From Candidatus Latescibacterota bacterium (GTDB lineage Bacteria; Latescibacterota; UBA2968; UBA8231): a DNA stretch of 64,000 nt. Position 1 is the stretch's first letter. Each line of letters starts with the position of its first letter. The translations under genes and the position numbers were made by a program. Below are positions 58,125-64,000 of this stretch, piece by piece. The stretch covers positions 1,984,001 to 2,048,000 of the forward strand of contig CBDFJF010000001.1 of the NCBI GenBank assembly GCA_965248265.1. The letters are read 5' to 3'. The notes beneath the pieces are model-generated. The model did no database searches and had not been told where the DNA came from. It saw only the letters and a program-made list of their open reading frames with translations.

Positions 58125-58997
58125 ATGGCTTACTCCATTCAGAACGTCCTGAGAGAGGATGAGAGCACCCTGAGGCGGTATTTCGATGACATCGCGGATT
58201 CCACACCGCTTTCGCGGGAGATGGAAGTGGCGCTTTCTGAGCGCATCCACAAAGGCGATCAGGACGCTCGGGATGAACTGGTCCAGGCCAATCTGCGGTT
58301 CGTCATTGACGTGGCCAAGAATTATCAGAACCGGGGGTTGTCTCTCACCGATCTGATCAGCTCGGGCAACGTCGGCCTCATGACCGCGGCAGAGCGATTC
58401 GACGGGACCAAGGGGTACAAGTTCATCTCCTACGCGGTATGGTGGATCAAGCAGTCGATCCTGCAGAGCATCGCCGATCATGCCCGCACCGTCAGGCTTC
58501 CCCTGAACAAGCTGAGCCTGCTCAAGGACATCACCAAGGCTTCGCGCAAACTGGGTCAGGGCCGCGAGAGTGAGCCGAGAGTGGAGGAAATTGCCGAGCA
58601 CCTCGAGATCTCCTCACAGGAAGTCCTCGATACCATGCTCAGCGCCCGCAGCATCCGATCGTTGGACGAGGAGTTCGAGGAGGGCGACGAACGCAGCCTG
58701 ATGAACACACTGGCTGACGATCGTCAGGATACGCCGGACGTAGACGTGATCGAGTCCTCCGCCAAAAACCATCTCGAGAGCATCCTGCGCTGCCTCGACG
58801 AACGCGAACTCTACATCATCCGCCTGTATTTCGGTCTCGACGGCACCGAGGCATTGACGCTGGAGCAGATCGGCGGACTCATGAACCTGACTAGGGAGCG
58901 GGTCCGTCAGCTCAAGGAGCGAGCACTCGGAAAACTGCGCTCTCCCGAGCGCTATCAAGCCCTGCAAGCCCTGTGTGACGAAACCGAGGTCTTCTAG
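58125..58997 (+). CDS. RNA polymerase sigma70 factor, RpoD/RpoS-like lacking region 1.1
   Basis: LVQANLRFV, GYKFISYAVWWIKQ, RTVRLP, TLEQIG..LTRERVRQ. AAGGAG RBS before ATG 58125. Confidence 0.92.
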   Translation: MAYSIQNVLREDESTLRRYFDDIADSTPLSREMEVALSERIHKGDQDARDELVQANLRFVIDVAKNYQNRGLSLTDLISSGNVGLMTAAERFDGTKGYKFISYAVWWIKQSILQSIADHARTVRLPLNKLSLLKDITKASRKLGQGRESEPRVEEIAEHLEISSQEVLDTMLSARSIRSLDEEFEEGDERSLMNTLADDRQDTPDVDVIESSAKNHLESILRCLDERELYIIRLYFGLDGTEALTLEQIGGLMNLTRERVRQLKERALGKLRSPERYQALQALCDETEVF

Positions 58998-59178
58998 CGA
59001 GCCCGTAAGGCACGCCAGAGACAATCATGCTTGGATTTCTGGGGCTTGGCCTCTGGATTCTGGCGCTTGCGGCTTATTTCCGCGGACGCAAGCAATAGCA
59101 TCCGCCAGCGCGTGATCTGGGGAGGGATCATGTTTCTGAGGTCCCACTGGCAAGCAACATAGCGCTGTAAAAATCACG

Positions 59179-59217
59179 AGCGGGGCTCAGATTAGAGCGA
59201 GCCCCGCTTGTTTGTTT
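59179..59217 (+). terminator. probable intrinsic terminator
   Basis: AGCGGGGCTC-loop-GAGCCCCGCT followed by TGTTTGTTT. Confidence 0.6.
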
Positions 59218-59247
59218 CTACCTCAACGTTTGCAGCAGGAGAGCCGC

Positions 59248-59811
59248 ATGCCTGAAACCGCGAAGATCTGCGTCTACTGCGGCTCAAAGGCCGGCAAGGC
59301 CGGCTCGGGCTCGACCTATGCGCAAGACGCAGAGGCTCTTGGAAACGCGATCGCGAAGCGCGGATTCGGGCTTGTGTACGGCGGTGGCAACGTCGGCCTT
59401 ATGGGCGTGGTCGCGGAGGCCGTGATGGATGCGGGCGGCGAAACGGTCGGGGTCATTCCCCGGGCACTCGAAGAAAAGGAACTCGCTCACCGGGGTGTTT
59501 CCGAACTCGTCGTGGTCGATGACATGCACCAGCGCAAGGCGATAATGGCACAGCGCTCAGTCGCGTTCGTGGCTTTGCCTGGGGGGTACGGTACGCTGGA
59601 AGAATTGTTCGAGGTGACGGCGTGGGCGCAACTGGGTTTTCACCAGAAGCCGATCGGATTACTGAATACAGACGGTTACTTCGATCACCTGCTCGCCTTC
59701 CTCGACCATGCCACGCGAGAGGAATTCCTCCGTGAACGTCATCGTGCCCTGCTTAGCGTTGAGTCGGATCCGGCTGCCCTCATCGACTCGACGGTAGCAA
59801 GCCTGAGCTGA
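59248..59811 (+). CDS. LOG family protein (type I, TIGR00730)
   Basis: CVYCGS, YGGG.VGLMG, MH.RK, PGGYGTLEE. Confidence 0.92.
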   Translation: MPETAKICVYCGSKAGKAGSGSTYAQDAEALGNAIAKRGFGLVYGGGNVGLMGVVAEAVMDAGGETVGVIPRALEEKELAHRGVSELVVVDDMHQRKAIMAQRSVAFVALPGGYGTLEELFEVTAWAQLGFHQKPIGLLNTDGYFDHLLAFLDHATREEFLRERHRALLSVESDPAALIDSTVASLS

Positions 59812-60594
59812 TCAGAGATTTTTCAGCCTATCTCGCAAGCGGGCGGCTGTCTCGAACTCCTCTCCCTCGATGGCCTGCTGAAGCTCCCTCTCCAGCGTTT
59901 CTTTTTCGCTCAGTGGACGCCGGTCACAGAATTCCCGTTCCAACTCATCGAGTGCTTCGCGTGAACGCTCCAGTTCGGAGAAGAACTCCTCTGCATCCAC
60001 CTCCGGAAGCGCGTCGATCTGCCCCCTCACCTCAGTGACGATTCCGAGCGCCTCGTCATACTGGTCCTCGTCCGCCTTGACCATCGCTCGGGCCGTGCCA
60101 TTGATTCGCAGGATATATGGCCACCACTTCTGCAGATTCATGCGGTCATCCTCATGGGCCGCGTAGCGGTGGACAAAACGGAATAACTCCATATTCCGCT
60201 CGGTATCGCGGATGACCCGATCATATTCCTTGAGCTGTAGCAGAAACACGTAGCGACCATAAACTCGAGCGCCTTCGTCGAACAGCTCCTGGCAGGATTC
60301 CCGATTCAACTCAAACCCCTCGGTCTCATCCCGCTGTGCACGGTGGCTCTCCAGAGAAGCGAGGTAGTAATCCAGGACGAAATCGGCATCATGTGGCCGC
60401 TTTCCGTCCGGCCGGCCATCCAGGTTCAGCTGCAGAATACCCTGGAAGGCGCCCTGGTCGACTCGAATCTGAATCTTGGGGATACCGTCCTCACCGACAA
60501 ATTTTCTCACATTCGAGTCCGGATTGTACTCCCACTCAGTGAGAATCGAGATGATGTCTTTTTCGCTGCCCTTGTTGTCGTTCTCAATATCCAT
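59812..60594 (-). CDS. UVR motif-containing hypothetical protein, paralogue 2
   Basis: KIQIRVD..GILQL..DGRPDG; C-terminal LQQAIEGEEFETAARLRD. Confidence 0.8.
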   Translation of the reverse strand: MDIENDNKGSEKDIISILTEWEYNPDSNVRKFVGEDGIPKIQIRVDQGAFQGILQLNLDGRPDGKRPHDADFVLDYYLASLESHRAQRDETEGFELNRESCQELFDEGARVYGRYVFLLQLKEYDRVIRDTERNMELFRFVHRYAAHEDDRMNLQKWWPYILRINGTARAMVKADEDQYDEALGIVTEVRGQIDALPEVDAEEFFSELERSREALDELEREFCDRRPLSEKETLERELQQAIEGEEFETAARLRDRLKNL

Positions 60595-60654
60595 CTCGCG
60601 CCATCCTTTCGACGCAGTCACAGATACGCGTCGTAAAAGGGTTTACACGGCGAA

Positions 60655-60683
60655 ACGATACCCCTGCTCTGATCGAATGTCAA
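60655..60683 (-). promoter_or_regulatory. sigma70 promoter for UVR paralogue 2
   Basis: TTGACA-17 bp-TATCGT on the minus strand. Confidence 0.6.
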
Positions 60684-60766
60684 CCAACCTGATCGCCCGA
60701 CGACCTGCGACTTGGAGATTTCCGTTTTTGCCTTGACAGTCTTGCCGCTTGGGGCCAGGTTTGGAT

Positions 60767-60811
60767 GACAATTTTGTTGGTTTCTGTGTCTGGAAAGACA
60801 TTTATGTCTTT
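60767..60811. promoter_or_regulatory. pair of GACA-W4-TGTY palindromes (candidate activator/autoregulation sites)
   Basis: GACAATTTTGTT (60767) and AAAGACATTTATGTCTTT (core at 60797), 30 bp apart. Confidence 0.6.
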
Positions 60812-60834
60812 TTTAATCGGGTGACGGTGGAGAG

Positions 60835-62367
60835 ATGAAAGAGCGATCTGATCGACAGGTAATGATCCTGCTCCACGAAATTGGGGAGGTGCTGGGATCT
60901 GCCGCCAGTTTTGAGGAGGCGGTGCAGAAAATTCTCAAGCTGCTGTGTGAACGGGCAGAAATGGATCGGGGCACTCTCAGTCTTGCAGAAGACGACAGTG
61001 AAGTCGCCATCGACATCGCCTACGGTCTCTCCAAATCGGAGATACGTCGTGGCCGTTACAAAATCGGCGAAGGCATCACCGGACGAGTGGTTGAATCGGG
61101 AAAACCGGTCATTGTCCCCAGAATCAGCAGCGAACCGCTGTTCCTCGACCGCACGGGATCGCGGGGGAAAACGGAAAAATCGGAAACCTCCTTCGTCTGC
61201 GTCCCAATCCTGCTGCAGAGCAATGTCGTTGGCACACTGAGCGCCGACCCCCCATACATCGACGACGCCGGGCTGCAATCGAATGTTCGCCTGCTGTCCA
61301 TCATCGCGGCCATGATCGCTCAAAATGTCGCTTCCCGGCGGCGCGCCCGCGCCGAGCGCGCCAGCCTGATAGACGAGAACCAGCGTCTCCAGAGCGAGCT
61401 GAAGGAGCGCTTCCACCCGTCAAACATCGTCGGCACTTCAAGGCCGATGCAAGAAGTCAGCGACCTCATCGTCAAGGTCGCAAGCAGTGACGCCACCGTG
61501 TTACTGCGGGGTGAAAGCGGCACCGGAAAGGAACTGGTGGCTGACGCTTTGCATTACGGCAGCCTTCGGGCTCGTAAACCGTTGGTCAAGGTGCATGTGG
61601 CTGCGTTGCCGGAATCACTCGTCGAGAGCGAGTTGTTCGGCCACGAGCGGGGCGCCTTTACAGGCGCTACCGAAGCCAAGGCGGGACGCTTCGAACGCGC
61701 CGAAGGCGGAACCATCTTCCTCGACGAAATCGGCGAACTGGCACCCTCGGTACAGGTGAAACTCCTGCGGGTGGTACAGGCGCGCCAGGTCGAACGTCTC
61801 GGAGGATCCTCGCCGATACAGATCGACGTGCGCATCATCGCCGCCACCCATGTGGATCTGGAACAGGCAGTTGTGGACGGCACCTTCAGAGAGGATCTGT
61901 TCTACCGCCTCGATGTGTTTCCGATCTTCGTACCGCCCCTGCGAGAGCGTAAATCCGACATCCTCTTGCTGGCAGACACCTTTCTCGAGAAATACGGGCG
62001 CAAACACACCAAAGAGATGCGACGCATATCCACCCCCGCCATCGACATGTTGATGAGCTATCACTGGCCAGGAAACGTGCGCGAACTGGAGAACTGCATC
62101 GAACGCGCCGTCATCCTGTCCACGGACGGCGTCGTCCACGGACACCACCTGCCACCGACGCTTCAGACGGCGACTTCGTCAGACACCTCCCTGTCAGGGA
62201 GCCTGGAGACGATGATGGGTGCCTACGAAACGGAGATCCTCGCCGAGGCCCTGAAGAGTTCGCGCGGCAACATGGCCAAAGCAGCCCGACTGCTTGGGAC
62301 AACCCAGCGCATCTTCTCTTATCGTAGCCGCAAGCTGGGAATACACTCCAAGCAGTATCGAGCCTAG
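60835..62367 (+). CDS. NifA-like GAF-AAA+-HTH sigma54 activator
   Basis: GAF (GEGITGRV..SF.CVPI), GESGTGKE, GAFTGA, WPGNVRELEN, HTH. Confidence 0.92.
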   Translation: MKERSDRQVMILLHEIGEVLGSAASFEEAVQKILKLLCERAEMDRGTLSLAEDDSEVAIDIAYGLSKSEIRRGRYKIGEGITGRVVESGKPVIVPRISSEPLFLDRTGSRGKTEKSETSFVCVPILLQSNVVGTLSADPPYIDDAGLQSNVRLLSIIAAMIAQNVASRRRARAERASLIDENQRLQSELKERFHPSNIVGTSRPMQEVSDLIVKVASSDATVLLRGESGTGKELVADALHYGSLRARKPLVKVHVAALPESLVESELFGHERGAFTGATEAKAGRFERAEGGTIFLDEIGELAPSVQVKLLRVVQARQVERLGGSSPIQIDVRIIAATHVDLEQAVVDGTFREDLFYRLDVFPIFVPPLRERKSDILLLADTFLEKYGRKHTKEMRRISTPAIDMLMSYHWPGNVRELENCIERAVILSTDGVVHGHHLPPTLQTATSSDTSLSGSLETMMGAYETEILAEALKSSRGNMAKAARLLGTTQRIFSYRSRKLGIHSKQYRA

Positions 62368-62410
62368 AGACCTCCACCTTCGCGATCTTGATACCTACTT
62401 AGTCATCCAC

Positions 62411-62452
62411 AACAATAATGTCGTTTTCTGCGGTACTGGCGACGTTATTGTG
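62411..62452. promoter_or_regulatory. pair of upstream activator sites
   Basis: AACAATAATGTC (62411) and GACGTTATTGTG (62441), 30 bp apart, about 90-130 bp before the sigma54 promoter. Confidence 0.6.
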
Positions 62453-62542
62453 TTTTCTCAGCAAATCTCGCCATTGATCAAATACTACGTATCATGTTTA
62501 TACACAATATGTTATGCGTTTTTGCGAGTTTCGTCTTGTTGA

Positions 62543-62558
62543 AGGCATGGGCCTTGCT
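62543..62558 (+). promoter_or_regulatory. sigma54 promoter for the porin-glnA region
   Basis: AGGCAT-GGGCC-TTGCT (GG-N10-GC). Confidence 0.75.
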
Positions 62559-62761
62559 GTGCTATTTCGAGCACTAACAAGAGTCATAGGTCGAAAAGAT
62601 GTATAAGCGAACAGATGGCAAGCCGAAATTGGCGCCGCTGCCGCAGAGAAGAAACCTCCCGTGGATTCTCAAGGGTGCAAGGGGTGGTGGCGGCGCCTCA
62701 ACGACAACGAGTTCATTCTCACACCCAGGCGGTCGACAGACTGTCAAACACGGAGGTCACG

Positions 62762-63409
62762 ATGGCGAGAAAGATTCTATCCGCAGCAATCCTAACAGGG
62801 CTGGCCTTGAGCTTCAGTCCCCCCCCTGCTGATGCCGAGTTTGGCGTCGGCGCCGACGTCGTCAGTCGGTATGTCTGGCGCGGCGCGCTTCTCGATGACA
62901 ACGTCTCGGTGCAACCCTCGCTGTCGTACAGCTCAGGCAACTTGGAGATTGGCGCCTGGTCATCCTGGGCAGCCACATCCAGTGGCGCCAATGAGAACGA
63001 CCTGTACGTGACGTATTCCAGTGGGCCGATCGCCATCACCGTCACTGACTACTACTTTCCCAATGGCGCCGGTTCGGACTTCTTCAAGTACAGCGACAAA
63101 GACGCTATCCACCAGCTCGAGGTCATGGGCTCGTATGGTCAGGGGCCGATCGGTGTCACTGCCGCCGCGATCTTGTCCGGTGATCCCGACACACCCATCT
63201 ACATCGAGGGCTCCTACGAATTGATGTCCGACGACGATGCCAGCGCCAGCCTCACAGCCGCATTGGGGACCGAGAACTACTACACCAGCGACGGTGACCC
63301 GGCTTTGATCAACGTCGGCCTTAGTGTCACCAAGGGTGATTACACGGCACAGTACATCTTGAATCCGGACGCGGAGCAGGCCTGGATGGTTTTCATGATG
63401 AGCTTCTAG
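62762..63409 (+). CDS. TorF/Gcw_chp-like outer membrane beta-barrel protein
   Basis: Signal peptide, ADVVSRYVWRG, SVQPSL, ENDLY, C-terminal Phe. GGAGG RBS. Confidence 0.8.
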   Translation: MARKILSAAILTGLALSFSPPPADAEFGVGADVVSRYVWRGALLDDNVSVQPSLSYSSGNLEIGAWSSWAATSSGANENDLYVTYSSGPIAITVTDYYFPNGAGSDFFKYSDKDAIHQLEVMGSYGQGPIGVTAAAILSGDPDTPIYIEGSYELMSDDDASASLTAALGTENYYTSDGDPALINVGLSVTKGDYTAQYILNPDAEQAWMVFMMSF

Positions 63410-63435
63410 CACCTCCCGTTCGCTGCAAAACCCGA

Positions 63436-63468
63436 AAGGCCCCGGACGCATAGTGCGTTCGGGGCCTT
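63436..63468 (+). terminator. strong hairpin between the porin gene and glnA (terminator or mRNA-stabilising)
   Basis: AAGGCCCCGGACGCA-TAG-TGCGTTCGGGGCCTT; weak U tail. Confidence 0.55.
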
Positions 63469-63561
63469 CACCTTGTCTGGACCCCCAACACATACTATCA
63501 TCGATCTTTCCCTTTTGCGCCCGGCCACGGCGCTGAGATATCCCCTAGTAAGGAGGAACTC

Positions 63562-64000
63562 ATGGCAAAGGCAAAATCCAAGGGTGGAGCGAAAGCCAAG
63601 TCGAAGAGCGCGGGCGGCTCAGCCCGCTCCGTTGTCGCGTCCGCCAAACAGCAAGGGGTCCAGTTCGTCGACTTCAAGTTCGTTGATTTTCCTGGAACCT
63701 GGCAGCACTTCTCCCTCCCCATCGGCGAATTCGATGCCGATATGTTCACGGACGGTCTGGGATTCGACGGCTCCAGCATCCGCGGTTGGAAGGCCATCGA
63801 CGAGAGCGATATGCTGGTCATGCCGCAGCTTGAGACCGCGTTCATGGACCCCTACACCGCCGTCCCGACGCTGTCCTTCATCTGCGACATCATCGATCCC
63901 ATTACCCGTGAAGACTATTCCCGGGATCCACGTGGAGTCTCTCGGCGGGCAGAGTCCTACCTGAAATCGACCGGCGTCGCCGACACCGCTTTCTTCGGCC
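63562..64000 (+). CDS. glnA: glutamine synthetase type I (5' part, runs off window)
   Basis: AGGAGG RBS; VDFKFVDFPGTWQHF, GLGFDGSSIRGW.AIDESDM, YSRDPR, STG.ADTAFFG. Confidence 0.95.
   Translation, partial: MAKAKSKGGAKAKSKSAGGSARSVVASAKQQGVQFVDFKFVDFPGTWQHFSLPIGEFDADMFTDGLGFDGSSIRGWKAIDESDMLVMPQLETAFMDPYTAVPTLSFICDIIDPITREDYSRDPRGVSRRAESYLKSTGVADTAFFG

Noticed and set aside
60835-62367. Calling the activator nifA / nitrogen fixation
   Set aside because: No nif genes in the window, and the repeated motif is not TGT-N10-ACA.
63473-63964. ORF-track ORFs at the window end
   Set aside because: Off-frame to glnA, which starts at 63562 and runs off the window.
1-64000. tRNA, rRNA, prophage, integrase or reverse transcriptase genes
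   Set aside because: None recognisable by eye; a tRNAscan/Infernal run would be needed to exclude small RNAs fully.

Overview
Bacterial chromosomal window, probably a Gram-negative environmental lineage (a Latescibacterota/Gemmatimonadota/PVC-like organism is a low-confidence guess). Positions 1-34.5 kb are one minus-strand surface-glycan (O-antigen/capsule-like) biosynthesis island. It holds UDP-sulfoquinovose synthase, UDP-HexNAc epimerase and dehydrogenase, an EPS-type MarR regulator, a GT4, many SDRs and methyltransferases, and a 2OG-Fe(II) oxygenase with a LIC12192-like/TylF fusion. It also holds a radical SAM/SPASM enzyme, a split-transketolase cassette, Wzx, GmhB, an IS66 relic and a frameshifted gene, and is capped by an MNT-HEPN toxin-antitoxin pair. 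Positions 35.7-64 kb look like core genome: TolC, an unusual 6-Cys DksA, two UVR-motif paralogues, Mrp, two LOG proteins, an M23 peptidase, a frameshifted RsmF-like gene, GH113, a futalosine menaquinone operon interrupted by a YjhG/YagF-type dehydratase, two sigma54 activators, a sigma70 paralogue, a TorF-like porin and the start of glnA. The most striking non-coding signal is three sigma54 (-24/-12) promoters, at 47842, 57745 and 62543. Each has upstream palindromic candidate activator sites and each is followed by a structured RNA. The first looks like an undescribed multi-hairpin sRNA displaying anti-Shine-Dalgarno loops. All product calls come from motifs recognised by eye; no database searches were run.
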